Origin: Eledone cirrhosa
Lineage: Eukaryota
Length of the DNA: 64,000 nt
Reading direction: 5' to 3'
NCBI GenBank assembly: GCA_964016885.1
Contig: OZ024753.1
Coordinates: 39,618,001 to 39,682,000 of the forward strand
Part shown: positions 13,406 to 27,976 of the stretch, piece after piece
Numbering within the stretch: the first letter of the stretch is position 1
How the letters are laid out: each line of letters opens with the position of its first letter
Made by a program: the position numbers and the translations under genes
Notes under the pieces: generated by a model
What the model saw: only the letters and a program-made list of their open reading frames with translations
Database searches by the model: none
Told to the model about the DNA's origin: nothing

Positions 13406-15015
13406 ATATATATATATATGTGAGTGTGTGTGTGTTTATATTTATGTCTCTTTTTATGGCCTATAATGTAGCAGTTTGCCAAAAAGAAAAAAAAAAAAAA
13501 AAAATGAAGAACCAGGCTTGAATAAATAAGTACTGGGGTTGATATGATCAACTAAATTTCCTTTAACCTTCATGTCACCAACCTGACCAAAACCAACTCT
13601 GGTTCTATGAAAGAGTTGAATATTTATATATATATATATAAATGTATGAACGGGAATTGTCCATGTGCTTGTCTCTTCCAAGTTTTCTCTTTTCTATATT
13701 TCGCCTACGTTTTTTTTTTAAATCATGTATTTATATATATATATATACTGTATATATATATATATGTATATATAACTTAGTATCCCTGAAATATATATAA
13801 CAAAATAAATTATGATGCTATAGTGATATATATATATATATATATATATAAGTATGTATACATACATACATATATGTATATATATATATACATACATGCA
13901 CACATATATTATGTATGTATGGATTCATATATATATATTCATATTTATTTTTATATCTATATATACGCATATATATATATATATATGTGTATATATTCAA
14001 GTTGTACATTGGAAATAATTCTTCAGTTTTTACCACTGAGAAAAAAATAAATATATAGATGGGGGGGTCTAATGTGGCTTACTTCAACAAAGACATCATT
14101 TTTTCTTCTTATTTATTTCATTATTTCTATTCTCCACCCCCCTCTCCTCTGACCCTCCCTCCACACATACGTACACCCTGAATATGTACTTTAAAATGCA
14201 AACAAACACATTGCTAGGGAGAAAATTGTAAGAAATTAACATGTTTATAGCTGTAATTTAGGTTTTCATAAACTTAATGCTTCCTTAGCACCCCCATCCT
14301 TCACCTTACTCTAAACTATCTATACACACCATGCTTTTCTTCCAATCACTCACTGAATGTATCAGCAACCGTGTTTTCCTGTTAAAATAACATCAACATC
14401 TTTCTATGTTGTATGTTTGTTTGTATATTTGTCTGTTTGTCTTATATAATAACTATATACACTCTACACTCTATCTACTCTTACTCTATCATTAACCATT
14501 GTTGCAGATATATAGTTTGGTGTAGGTGTCGGAATGAACTCGAAAAGCACTTTATTAAATAAATCCTCCCCCTCCCCCTTCCTTTCACTCAATTCTTGTA
14601 TGACATACAAACAACAAAACAACAAAACTAACAACCGGACCAATCCATTCCCAATAACCACCCTTTCCTTAATTCTTATACAAATCTTTTGAAAAAAATT
14701 TTTTTCCCCATGTCATTTAAAAGTTTTTTTCCATCATGGCTGCTTACATTTACTGGATGCCACTCCAATCTCATACATTTCATATAATATAACTCCATTC
14801 CACTTCTTGTAATCATTCCTTCGTTTTGCTCCTATAGCATAAACGACAACACAGTAGTGTGTATATATATATATATGTGAGTGTGTGTGTATATATGTAT
14901 ATATATGTGTGTGTGTGTGTGTCTGTATATATATATGTATATTTATATAGGTATGTATATTTATATGTATATATATGTGTATATATATTTATATGTATAT
15001 ATATATGTGTGTGTG

Positions 15016-15081
<66 letters not shown>

Positions 15082-15814
15082 CGTGTGTTTGTATGCATGT
15101 ATGTATATATATACACTGGTCTATTTTTCTGTTTTTAACCATACAATTTTTATTCCTTTACCTACACATTGTTTTAAATCGAATCAGCTTCCCTACTTGT
15201 GGCCTCCAATTATAGTTTTCATTTCTTTTTTACACTTTTTTTTTTTCATTCAATATATTTATTATTATTATTATTTTTCCTCTTCGAAATGAACTTAGTT
15301 TCAGCAGTTTTATTTATTTTATATTTTACAATATATATATATATATATTTTTTGTTGTTGCCATTGTTGTTCTTAAATGCTCCATTACAATCCTTGTCTG
15401 TCTTCTATATAGGGAACTATTTCATTTGGCTTCTGTGAGGTTTCTACTCAAAATTCCTTGTTTTTTTTCTATTTCATGTGAAACATGCACATACAGGTCA
15501 TGGTATGTGTCTATTTGTATAGACACAGTCAGGTATGTGTCTATATGTATGTGTGTATAGATATATATATATAAGCACATGTATACACATGTGTGTGAGT
15601 ATATATAGTCCATACTGTAAATGTGGTTGGTGTTAAGAAGGGCATCCAGCTGTAAAAAAACCTGCTAGAAACATTTCCGTATGAGTGAGACACAGTCTCC
15701 CAACCATTCCTGCATCAAATGGAACCAAACCATCTAACCCATTCTAGCGTCGAAGATGGACATTAAACGATGATGATGATTGTGTATATATATATATATA
15801 TATATATATACACA

Positions 15815-16048
15815 ATCATGAGGTTGGCTGGACATGCTCACCGACATCCAGAGTTGACATTGCACTCAGTGCTCCTGTGGGAGCCCCTACATGGACACAC
15901 TAGAAGAGGAAGACCAAGGTTAACGTATGTTGATGCCCTAAGGACAGACACTGGTCTGTTGGATTTGCAGGACATGGCAGCGATAATGAGGGATAGAGAC
16001 CGCTGGAGAGAGCTCGTCCATGGATCTCGGGAATTTTACCCGCCTTAG
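15815..16048 (+). mobile_element. RTE-type LINE 3' fragment
   Basis: Translates [22 protein letters not shown]...RGRPRLTYVDAL...DRDRWRELV and is flanked by (TA)n. Confidence 0.82.
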
Positions 16049-16672
16049 ATAGATATATATATATATATATATATATACATTCACACACTAAAGTGGTTGT
16101 GTAGGTGTCACAACAAAAAACACCTAGACCACAGTATAAAGTGATCGTGGAAGTGTCACAACAAAAAGCAACCAGCTCGCACTATAAATGTGGTTGGTGT
16201 TAAGAAGGCACCCAGCCGTAGAAATCAAGCCTTAATCAGTTTTGTTTGACCAAGGTATGGTCATCTGACCTGGCTTGTCTCACTACAGGACAAGTCGTCT
16301 AACCCATGCTGGCATGGAAAAATGGATGTTAAACAGTGATGATGATGATAATGATACACTCACATTCATGCATACATACATATATATGAGACATATAACA
16401 ATTTGCAATAAATAAAGTAAAGATTTCAACTTTTAATATCATACAGCCATAGAAGTGTTTTGAACTTTTCTAGAATGTTCTGTAAACATGGTTTCATGTG
16501 ATACAGAATGTTAAAAGGTAACACTAAATCTGAAGGGATTTAGTAAGCTTATAATCTATTTCATTATTAAGATGGTATTTCATTAGAAATATGGTCATGA
16601 AAGGGTTGAAGTATTTATATTAAAATGAAAATTCATTTTATAGAAGAATATATTTGTTAAGCTATGTATTAA

Positions 16673-17089
16673 CCCTTTAGCATTTGACCCGGCTGTATCT
16701 GGCCAGAATTCTCTCACCTCGTACTGTTCAAAGTGGCCGTAACCAGCCCCTCATACTGACGTTAAGGTATTGTTCTCAAAATAAATCATATGAAAATTTC
16801 ATAGATTCGATATTATGTGAGGTAAAGCCTTTACCGCGAAAATACAATATCAAATATAGAGTATTGTAAATACTAAAGGTTTAACTCTTTAGCATTTAAA
16901 CCGGCCGTATCCAGCCAGAATTCTCTCACCTTTTTCTGTTCAAACTGGCTGTAACCAGCCCCTTATACCGACGTTAAGGTGTTGTTCTCAAAATAAATAT
17001 CAAAATCTCATAGATTCGATATTATGTGAAGAAAAGCTTTTACCGCGATAATACAATATTAAATATAGAGTATTGTAAATACTAAAGGT
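16673..17089. mobile_element. Tandem dimer of a ~207-bp TTAA-target (piggyBac-like) MITE
   Basis: TTAA|CCCTTTAGCATTT...AAATACTAAAGGT|TTAA|CTCTTTAGCATTT...ACTAAAGGT|TTAA; the two copies share the middle TTAA at 16881-16884. Confidence 0.82.
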
Positions 17090-17403
17090 TTAAAGGGGTT
17101 AAATTATATATATTTTTAAATTCCTTTGCTATACTTAGAACTGTTTGAAGAAATACCATGAGTTATTGATTGTTAACAAGTTGAGTGATGCCAGACTAAA
17201 GAATATCGGTAACAATATAAGGTAGTTTGATCTGAGAGCAGTGAAAACTTCAGAAAGACCAAAGTTAAAGAATTGTAATTGTGCAGACATGTACAAGCAA
17301 TATGAATGGAAGGAAATAGAAACTGTATGTAGAATCAGTAATTGAACTATTGCAGTTGATTTTGTTTGTGAATATCTGTGTGTATGTGTGTGTATAGGGT
17401 GTG

Positions 17404-17434
<31 letters not shown>

Positions 17435-17442
17435 ATAGAGTG

Positions 17443-17477
<35 letters not shown>

Positions 17478-18210
17478 ATTTATTTACATACATTTATATG
17501 TATATATATGTGTGTTTGTGTCTATGTTTTGTGTGAATGCAAAATATTTTATAAGTATATATGCCAGCATGGAATATCAGACAGTAAATGATGATGATAT
17601 ATATATAAAATATATAAATATATACCCTATATATATATATAAAATATACACACACTTATATATATATATATATATATACATAGACACAAATTATTTTAGT
17701 ATATATATACATATATTATATATATACATATATAGACACAAATTATTTTAGTATATATATACATATATGTGTTCATACAAACAGACACAAATTATTTTAG
17801 TGTGTATATATATATATATATTATATGAATATAGTGTATGTAATGTATCCATATATGTTGTAATGTATCCATATGTTGTGTTTAGTGAGTTTCTGATATC
17901 ATAGTTTGTAGTTTTCTATTGTAATATATTCTCTGTCTGATTCCATTTCTTCGTTACTATGGTGTATCTCTTTTATATTATTTCGTTTCACACTTCTAAA
18001 TGTGTTGTGTGACAGACGGAAATAATTCTAAACTACCTTAGTGATGCTTGTGTCTGTATGTATGTATATATATGTGTATATATGTGTGTGTATATGTATA
18101 TATGTATATATTTATATATATATATGTATCTATATATATATATATATACAAATATATATATATGTATGTGTCTGTGGGTATATATATATATGTGTGTGTG
18201 TTTATATATA

Positions 18211-18249
<39 letters not shown>

Positions 18250-18627
18250 ATATATATATATATGGTTTGTGTGTATTTAAATATTTTCATTTATTGTTTC
18301 TCTTGTTGTTGTTTTTCATTATTTCCATGACTAATTCTCATTTTTAAAAATTCTGATATCTTGCACGCACATACATACCTACTACATGTTTAATCTCTCT
18401 CTCTTTCTATATATATATATATATATACATATATAAATATATATATATATACCGATGTTATATATATGTGTATATATATAAATATAATACATATATATAT
18501 ATATTTATATTTATAAATATATATATATTTATCTTTATATATATATATACATTTATATATATAATTTTATTTTTATATATATATACTTTTATTTTTTTAT
18601 ATATATATACATTTATATATATATATA

Positions 18628-18658
<31 letters not shown>

Positions 18659-18788
18659 TTAGTGAAAGATTGAATAATAACGTGGTCGGCTGTACAACAA
18701 GGGGTATTATTTCAAGTATATAAATATATATATATTTATATATATGTATATAAATAAATATATATATATATATATATATAAATATATA

Positions 18789-18856
<68 letters not shown>

Positions 18857-19004
18857 AATAAATATATATATATATATATAAATAAATATATATATTTATA
18901 TATGTATATATATTTATATATATGTTTATATATAAATATATATGTATATATATAAATATATAAGTATATATATATATATATATGTGTACATATATAAATA
19001 TGTT

Positions 19005-19049
<45 letters not shown>

Positions 19050-19474
19050 GTGTGTGTGTATTTATATATAATCGTCTCGATGGAGACAAACACACAATAT
19101 TTCATGAAATACACCCATATTGGTATTGTCGTGTGGTCGTGTCCGAATAAGAAATTAGGCTTCAACACTACCTCTGTCTGTTGGTCTGTCAGTGTGCAAT
19201 ATTGTGCAGTACCATGAACTAATATTTCTATTTCCTTCTCATCTAATTTCACTTTAATTCAAATCTCTTAAAATAGAATTTAGAAGAAAGAAAATAAGGA
19301 AGAAATAAAAGAGAGAGAGGAGGATAGAAAGAAAGAATGATATAACAAAGCTGGTTTTTCTTCCTTTGTTTGTTTGTTTTTTTTGTGTGTTTTTTGGGGG
19401 GTCGAGGGGGGGGGGTCACATTTTAGTTTAGTTGTAATTGTGTGCACGCCTGCATATTCTCATACACATACCCA

Positions 19475-19494
19475 TGTATGTATATATATATATT

Positions 19495-19528
<34 letters not shown>

Positions 19529-19564
19529 CATTCATATATATATGTATATATATATGTATACATT

Positions 19565-19599
<35 letters not shown>

Positions 19600-19685
19600 T
19601 TATATATATATATGTATGGTATGTATATATTTATGTATACATATATATATATTTATGTATATATATATGTATATATATATATATG

Positions 19686-19730
<45 letters not shown>

Positions 19731-19737
19731 GTATATA

Positions 19738-19770
<33 letters not shown>

Positions 19771-19821
19771 ATGTATATATGTATATGTATATATGTATAT
19801 GTATATATGTATATATATATG

Positions 19822-19860
<39 letters not shown>

Positions 19861-19883
19861 GTATATATGTATATATGTATATA

Positions 19884-19928
<45 letters not shown>

Positions 19929-19952
19929 GTGTATATATATGTATATATGTAT

Positions 19953-20042
<90 letters not shown>

Positions 20043-20085
20043 ATATGTATATGTATATATGTATGTATATATGTATATATATATG

Positions 20086-20136
<51 letters not shown>

Positions 20137-20147
20137 ATATGTATATA

Positions 20148-20184
<37 letters not shown>

Positions 20185-20225
20185 GTGTATATATATGTAT
20201 ATATGTATATATATATGTATATATG

Positions 20226-20314
<89 letters not shown>

Positions 20315-20351
20315 ATATGTATATGTATATATGTATATATATATGTATATA

Positions 20352-20410
<59 letters not shown>
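19475..20410. repeat. Long (TA)n/(TATG)n microsatellite, representative of dozens in the window
   Basis: About 900 bp of interrupted TA repeats. Comparable tracts at 458-652, 4745-5450, 8100-8637, 18400-19070 and 58920-59720. Confidence 0.98.
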
Positions 20411-20413
<3 letters not shown>

Positions 20414-21475
20414 AAATTCTAATTTTCTTATAGGCAAGTTGCATTTGTCTCATGCTTCTATTGAATTGTAGAAGACAATTAATGGGAATACACACATGTG
20501 TGTGTATATATATGTGTGTGTGTGTATATATCTATATATGTGTATGTATGTATGTATATATATATGTATATGTATGTATGTATACGCATGTATGTATATG
20601 TGGTGGGGTGGAAACCCCAACAAACACATAACTGCACCATAAATAATGGTTCTGTGACTTGTCTGTTGTTGTTGTGACTGTAGTTGTTGTGGTGGCTGTA
20701 GTTGTTGTTGTGGCTGTAGTTGTTGTTGTGGCTGTAGTTGTTGTGGCTGTTGTTGTTGTGGCTGTAGTAGTTGTGGTGGCTGTTGTCGTGGCTGTAGTTG
20801 GTCTTGTTGTTGTTGTTGTGGCTGTAGTAGTTGTGGTGGCTGTTGTTGTGGCTGTAGTAGGTCTTGTTGTTGTGGTGGTGGCTGTTGTTGTTATTGTTGT
20901 TGTGGCTGTAGTAGTTGTTGTGGTGGTGGCTGTAGTTGTTGTTGTTGTGGTGGCTGTTGTTGTTATTGTTGTTGTTGTTGTTGTGGCTGTAGTAGTTGTT
21001 GTGGTGGTGACTGTAGTTGTTGTTGTGGTGGCTGTTGTTGTTATTGTTGTTGTTGTTGTGGTGGTGGTGGTGGCTGTAGTTGTTGTGATGGCTATTGTTG
21101 TGGTTGCTGTTGCTGCTGTTGTTGTTGTGGCTGTAGTTGTTGCTGAGGCTGATGTCATTATAGTTGTTGTTCTTGTTATTGTTGTTGTCATTGTTATTGT
21201 TGTGGCTGTTGTTGTTATTGTTTTATTATTGTTGTTGTGGCTGTTACTGTTATTGTTGTTATTGTAGTTGTTGTTGTAGCTGAAGCCATTGTTATTATTG
21301 TTGTTCTTGTTGTTATTGTTATTAGTGTTGTTGTTGTAGCTGATGTCATTATTGTTGTTGTTGTTGTTTCTGTTGTACACTAACCTACTGTGCTTTGTGC
21401 TTGATTTACAAAGTTAATTACTATTTTTGCTTGATTGCTTGATAATTCAATAGTGTGTGTGTGTATATATATATA

Positions 21476-21508
<33 letters not shown>

Positions 21509-21663
21509 CTATATATGTGTATCTGTGTGTGTCTATATATGTGTCTGTGTGTGTCTATATATGTGTGTGGGTCGTATATAGGTGTGTCTCTGTATGTATG
21601 TATGTTTGTGTGTTAGTGTACGATGTAGTGTGGTGTGTGTGTGTATGTTTCTGTATGTATGTT

Positions 21664-21713
<50 letters not shown>

Positions 21714-21739
21714 TTCTTGTGTATGTATATATGTGTATT

Positions 21740-21790
<51 letters not shown>

Positions 21791-21870
21791 ATGTGTGTGA
21801 GTATATGTATCTGAATGTGTGTGTGTATATATATATATATATGTGTGTGTGTGTATGTGTATCTGAATGG

Positions 21871-21914
<44 letters not shown>

Positions 21915-22591
21915 ATGTCTGTATGTGACTATGTGTATCTGAATGTATGTGTGTGTATATATATATATATATGTGTGTATGTCTGTATGTGACTATGTGT
22001 ATCTGAATGTATGTGTGTGTATGCTAGAGAATCTAACTAGATAGTACTATAATTCAAAGCAGTGTGGGCTGTATGGGAGTGTTAGGGGTTATGGAGAAGT
22101 TTCCAGATTAAAAGGATATCTGTGTATGGCATTTGTCCAGTTAATATTGAGAGGGGGAGGGCGTCAATTGTTTTTTTTTTTCTATTTTATCTATTGTTTT
22201 TTATACTTAAAAATAAATAAACAAAAGGTTTCTCTTATTCTCTGTTTTTCCTTTTCTTTTTCTTCTTTCAATATTTTTAGTTTTCTCCTTCTTCTTCAAC
22301 CTCTTCCTTCTTTTTTTCCCTCTTCTTCTTCTTCAACCTCTTCTTCTATCCCACAAAGCCTGTTGCCTGACACTCTACCGACTGCCAATCGACCAGCTTT
22401 ATAGAATTAGTTTAGTTATATCAATAAATCCCTCTACATTGACTATTTTCTAAATTATTTGTAAATAATAGACAGTGGGGAACTTGAGCCATGTGAAATG
22501 AAGTGCCTTGCTCAAGAACACAATGTGTCACCTGGTCTGAGAATTGAACTCAGAACCTTATAATTGTGAGCCCATGACTCTAACCACTTAA

Positions 22592-22799
22592 CCCTTTAGC
22601 ATTTACATTACTCTATATTTCCTATTTTATTTTCGTGGTAAAGGCTTTACCTTACATAATATCGAATCTATGAGATTTTTATATTATGTATGTTGAGAAC
22701 AATACCTTAACATCAGTATGAGCAGCTGGTTATGGCTAGTTTGGACAAAAAGATTTGAGACAATTCCGGCCAGATGTGGCCAGTTTAAATGCTAAAGGG
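22592..22799. mobile_element. TTAA-target (piggyBac-like) MITE inserted at the head of a SINE
   Basis: TIRs CCCTTTAGCATTT/AAATGCTAAAGGG with TTAA on both sides. A family B SINE remnant lies at 22475-22590. Confidence 0.85.
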
Positions 22800-23540
22800 T
22801 TAAGGTGATTCTGAAACAAACTCCTTTAAACAGTGCCTTTATTTTTATCAGTGTCAGCAATAACAGAGGTACATGGTGAGGTGGTCGGGGTTGGGTTTAA
22901 ATGTTACCTGAAAGGGTATGTTAGTAGGGCTGTGTGTTGTGTATAGGAGGGAGTAGATCTAGAGAGAGAGAAGAAAAAAAATTTTATTATAAATGTTCTC
23001 TTGCACCACCTCATCTCTCCATCCCTGGACAGGGGGTATAGCAAGCACTCTCTGTTACATGGGGTAGTATTTAGTCAGTGTGTGTGTGTGATGTGTGGTG
23101 GGGGTGAGAAAGGTATTTGTGTTACCTGAAAGAGTGAGAAGAAAGAGAGTTTATATGTTAAGTACAGATTTCAGTTTGATATCTCTGTCGATGTTGTTGC
23201 CGTTGTTATTGTCGGTTGTTGTTGTTGTTGTTGTTGTTAGACATTGAGAATAACTGATTGTCTTGCACTAGAGATGAGTCCAGCCTTATATTGCTTTCAG
23301 GCATTGGCAAACAAATAAATAGATAAATAAATAAGAAATCTTAGGGGACAGAGAGAGAAAATAATAATAATAATAATAATTATTATTTCATTTAATAGCC
23401 ACAAGATCCGACATGTAGGGGAGAATATGTATGTAAAAGGTAACAGAAATAACAACACAATCGGTACAGTATATGGAAGGAATATATTAGGTTAACGCTT
23501 GAAATAGCAGGAAGAGGGTCTTAATGTTTCGGACGGTAGA

Positions 23541-23574
<34 letters not shown>

Positions 23575-24214
23575 CATATATATTTATATAAAGAGCAGTG
23601 GGTCCATTGTTAATAGTTTATTGCCAGTCAAATCTTAGTCTCCATTTTATTTTTTCTTTCATAGAAAATTTTGTAAGTGTCCAGAAGATTTCTGAATGAA
23701 ACTTAATTTTTAGCCAAAAGCAAAGATTTTTTTGGGTGTGTGTGTGGGGGGGGGGTATTATTGTTATTGTTGTTGCATTCTCGATTTAACTCAATACTTT
23801 TGTCTTGTTCTTGATTTTTTTTTTTTTTTTCAGTAGGGGAAATTGAGGAGGGGGGGGGGGGTCTTTTTGATTTAGGCTTTAGTATGTTCTTCCATCCAGC
23901 TATACAGTTGAGGAAAAACAATAATTGCATTGATAAATCCAGCTTTTTGGGTGGTTTGGGGGGGGGGGGGGTATAGGGAGTGGGATCCAACACACTGGTA
24001 CATACATACACATGCAAGTGGGTGGCACAGACCCTATATAATTTGTGTGTGGTAAGTACTGGAAGAACTGTGATGATTTACCAGTGCTGCCCCCTAGCAT
24101 GTTTCAGCAAAGACATTCACATGTTTCATTGCTTTAAATATAACTTGCTGAAGAATGAACAACTATACATATATATACATACATACATACATACATACAT
24201 ACATACATACATAC

Positions 24215-24825
24215 ATGGTGGCTGCCAACTCGTTTTCGAGTATGGCCACTACTTTATATCCATGTAGGAGAACCCCTACCGATGCGCTGAACGAGTGTGA
24301 CTTTTTAGTCCAGCCAGCGACTTGAAAACTCTGGTACAAACACTACACCTGTGACAATTATTGACACATAGTGCTGGGCCCATGGTACCATGTGACGACA
24401 AGTGCAGAGAGATCTCCAGATATAAAGCAATGCCTGTGCCGTGAAGCTTTTATAGTGAGCAAAGGCACTGCACAAAGCCAGTCCCACTCTCTTAACCAAG
24501 ATGATATTTACCAAAAAGAAGAACAAGTCAACATCATTGGATACCATCAGGGTTGCAGGTGTTATATCAGAGTTTTCCTTCTCCTAGAATTCTGCCTTGA
24601 CAAAGGCTAAGGGGTCATCTCTCCCGGTGATTTTGGATGGCCATTGACTCTTAAGAGCTCCTTTGCCCTTTGACAGGTTTTGTTTTTAGTCCTGCAGGAT
24701 GTCCAAAGTCACCCTCCTCACCAAGAAACCTTGGTGGGGTTGCCAGTTTAGTCGCCAACGACCCGACCATGAGACAGGTTGTACTGGGATACATGTTACC
24801 AGTAGCACCAACTGGTGACCTGACA
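24215..24825 (-). mobile_element. Probable RTE-related non-autonomous element / 5' UTR region
   Basis: GC-richer block between (TACA)n tracts. The minus strand has the CTAGGAGAAGGAAAACTCTGA motif that I associate with RTE 5' regions; a related motif is at ~62830-62880. Confidence 0.5.
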
Positions 24826-24852
24826 TATACATACATACATACATACATACAT

Positions 24853-24953
<101 letters not shown>

Positions 24954-24982
24954 TACATACATACATACATACATACATACAT

Positions 24983-25030
<48 letters not shown>

Positions 25031-25053
25031 AAACGCACACACATACACATACA

Positions 25054-25085
<32 letters not shown>

Positions 25086-25103
25086 CACACACACACACAT
25101 ACA

Positions 25104-25135
<32 letters not shown>

Positions 25136-25169
25136 CACACACACACACATACATACATACATACATACA

Positions 25170-25205
<36 letters not shown>

Positions 25206-25302
25206 TAACACAGTGAGTGTGTTCTGTTGTTATTTCTGGCAATATTATTACAACAATATGACCCTCCCCAAGTACATCAAATATATATATATATATATAT
25301 AT

Positions 25303-25489
25303 ATAACGAAGGAAATGTGGTAAGGAACCAGATGGACCATAACGCACCAAAGTACTCAATACTTAGGGTAGTAGAGTGGGTAATAGGAACGAGTAGGACC
25401 CCGACGACTGAGCTCAAGCCGTTTCGACGACTAAGTCCAGAATTAGCCGTCGAAATGGCTTGAGCTCAGCCGTCGGGGTCTTACTCATT

Positions 25490-25493
<4 letters not shown>
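25303..25493 (-). mobile_element. Fold-back element, second family
   Basis: Inverted copy of the 13196-13405 element between (TA)n tracts, with its palindrome centred near 25436. Confidence 0.75.
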
Positions 25494-25530
<37 letters not shown>

Positions 25531-25985
25531 ATATATATATATATATATGTGTGTGTATACACGTATGTCTGTATTTATATAACCACCTCCTCTGTCCATA
25601 TTGTACCTATGTATTATCTGCATCACATAACCACATCACTTACTGTTCACCCCCCCCCCCCAGCCCCACCCTCACTACTATCTCATCCCTTCCTCCTACT
25701 ACTACCAGCTCCTCCTCTGTCTACATTACAACTATGTACTATTTGCATCACATATCAACCACATCACATATTCTTCACCCCACCCACCCCCTCTGCCACA
25801 ACCTCATCCCTTCCTCCTACCACAACCACTACCACTCCCTCATTGTTATAGTCATAATTCTGTTGATTTAGAGGTCTGTTTCTTAATCTGATGTGTAAAT
25901 GTTGAGATTTGTTTGCTATTTCTTCACACTCTCAATCCCTCTTCCCTGCTCTCACTTCTTTACACTTTCATATAAACACAATCAG

Positions 25986-26020
<35 letters not shown>

Positions 26021-26110
26021 GTCCGTCCTTCTGTCTCTTTCTCTCTCTTTCTTTCTTCATTTCCTTTTTTTTTTTTTTTGTTCCTTTTCCAAATTTTCAC
26101 ACTTTGTGTG

Positions 26111-26556
26111 TCATCATCATTTTCATTTCATTTTACGTCCACTTTTTCCCTGCTTGCAAGGGTGGGACGGGAACTGATTCTGGCTTGATTTCTACACCTG
26201 GATGCCCTTCCTAACACCAACCTCATTTACAGTGAGTGCTGGGTGCTTTTTTGCCGTGGCACCTCCACGACCACTTTGCAGCGGAATGATAGGGACCCCA
26301 GTCCCTATCATCTCACTTCTACAGCTGGATGCCCTTCCTAACATCAACCTCATTTACGGTGAGTGCTGCGTGCTTTTTTGCAGTGGAATGATATGGACCC
26401 CAGTCCCTATCATCTCATTTCTACAGCTGAGTAAACTGGAGCAATGTGAAATAAAGTGTCTTGCTCAAGGAAACAACACATCACCCGGTCTGAGAATTGA
26501 ACTCACAACCTTTCGATTGCAAGGCCAATGCTCTAACCACTAAGCCATGTGCCTCC
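26111..26556 (-). mobile_element. tRNA-derived SINE (family B, CORE-like) with RTE-type tail
   Basis: Minus strand shows head GGCTTAGTGGTTAGAGC, B box GAGTTCAATTC and the TTGAGCAAGACACTT domain, with an internal partial duplication. Copies at 27632-27976 (-) and 44228-44570 (+). Confidence 0.85.
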
Positions 26557-26789
26557 ATTGTGTGTGTAAGTAAATATGTATGCATATAGATATATGTGTG
26601 TGTGTATGCATATATATATATATATATATATGTGTGTGTATGCATATATATATATATATATAGGAAAAAAACTCAGGACCCCAACGGCTGAGCTCTGGCT
26701 GTTTCGACAGCTAGATCCGAACTAAGCCCGCAGGTGCATTATGGTCCACCCGTTATCTTACCACACCTTCTTTGTTATATATATATATA

Positions 26790-26985
26790 TATTACTTTAA
26801 AATAATAATAAATATAGAAATTTGTGTGATCAAATATATTTTATTATACATATTTCAGAGATACTGAGCTATTTCGACAGTACGTCCTCATCAGACGTAT
26901 TGAAATAGCTCAGTATCTCTGAAATATGTATAATAAAATATATTTGATCACATGAATGTATATTTATTAATATTTTGAAGTAATA
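26790..26985. mobile_element. Fold-back element, third family, with hammerhead-like core in the loop
   Basis: About 50-bp perfect arms (TGTGATCAAAT...GAGCTATTTC and GAAATAGCTC...ATTTGATCACA). The loop reads CTGATGAGGACGTACTGTC-GAAA on the minus strand. Confidence 0.6.
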
Positions 26986-27146
26986 TTAATAACTCCAGAA
27001 AACTTCACTGTAGAGTACTTATAATCTATTGTGAAACTTTATTCATTGATGAATTCATTGAACCTTGTTAAACTTTTAATTATATATATATAAGAAATGG
27101 AGGTATTTTAAAATGAAAATAACGACATGTCCTACACGGGTGAAAG

Positions 27147-27387
27147 TATAAGGAAAAGAAATCGAAAATGCAACTGGAGTCTTTTAAAGAATATTTATTT
27201 GTTTCCTTTACCGGTTTCACAGTTCTTATGCTTTTCAAAAGTAGAATTGAGATGGAGGCAAGAAAACCCAGAAACCCTCCATCTCAACTCTACTTTTGAA
27301 AAGCATAAGAACTGTGGAACCGGTAAAGGAAACAAATAAATATTCTTTAAAAGATTCAAGTTGCATTTTCAATTTCTTTTCCTTATA
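27147..27387. repeat. Long inverted repeat (~110-bp arms, ~17-nt loop)
   Basis: AAGGAAAAGAAAT...GAGATGGAGG pairs with CCTCCATCTC...ATTTCTTTTCCTT. Confidence 0.9.
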
Positions 27388-27631
27388 TATATATATAACG
27401 AAGGAAGTGGACCATAACGCACCAGAGTACTCAATACTTTGGGTAGTAGAGTGGGTAATAGGAAAATGTTCAAGACCCCCGACGGCAGAACTCAAGCCAT
27501 TTCAACGGCTATTTCTGGACTGAAATGGTCATAGAAACGGCTTGAGCTCTGCCTCGGGGTCTTGAACATTTTCCTATATATATATCTATAGGAACGAATA
27601 GGACCCCAATTCTCGATATATATATATATAT

Positions 27632-27976
27632 CATCATCATCATCATCATTTCATTTTATGTCCACTTTTCCCCTGCTAGCAAGGGTGGGACGGGAACTGA
27701 TGCTGGCTTGATTTCTACAGCTGGATGCCTTTCTAACACCAACCACATTTACAGTGAGTGCTGGGTGCTTTTTTGCCGTGGCACCTCCACGACCACTTTG
27801 CAGTGGAATGATAGGGACCCCAGTCCTATCATCTCATTTCTACAGCTGAGTAAACTGGAGCAATGTGAAATAAAGTGTCTTGCTCAAGGAAACAACACAT
27901 CACCTGGTCTGAGAATTGAACTCACAACCTTTCGATTGCAAGGCCAATGCTCTAACCACTAAGCCATGTGCCTCCA
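27632..27976 (-). mobile_element. tRNA-derived SINE (family B), full length
   Basis: Reverse complement of 44228-44570. Confidence 0.88.

Noticed and set aside
17139-17225. Possible exon NCLKKYHELLIVNKLSDARLKNIGNNIR
   Set aside because: It is short, has weak donor options and shows no recognisable homology.
19374-20495. Long ORFs of YI/CV/HT repeats, and the many similar ORFs in the track
   Set aside because: They are translations of (TA)n/(TG)n microsatellites, open in several frames on both strands, with no protein-like content.
24070-24151. C/D box snoRNA candidate (GTGATGA...CTGA)
   Set aside because: It has no terminal stem and no rRNA-complementary guide that I could identify. The overlapping hairpin at 24051-24091 is too short for a pre-miRNA.
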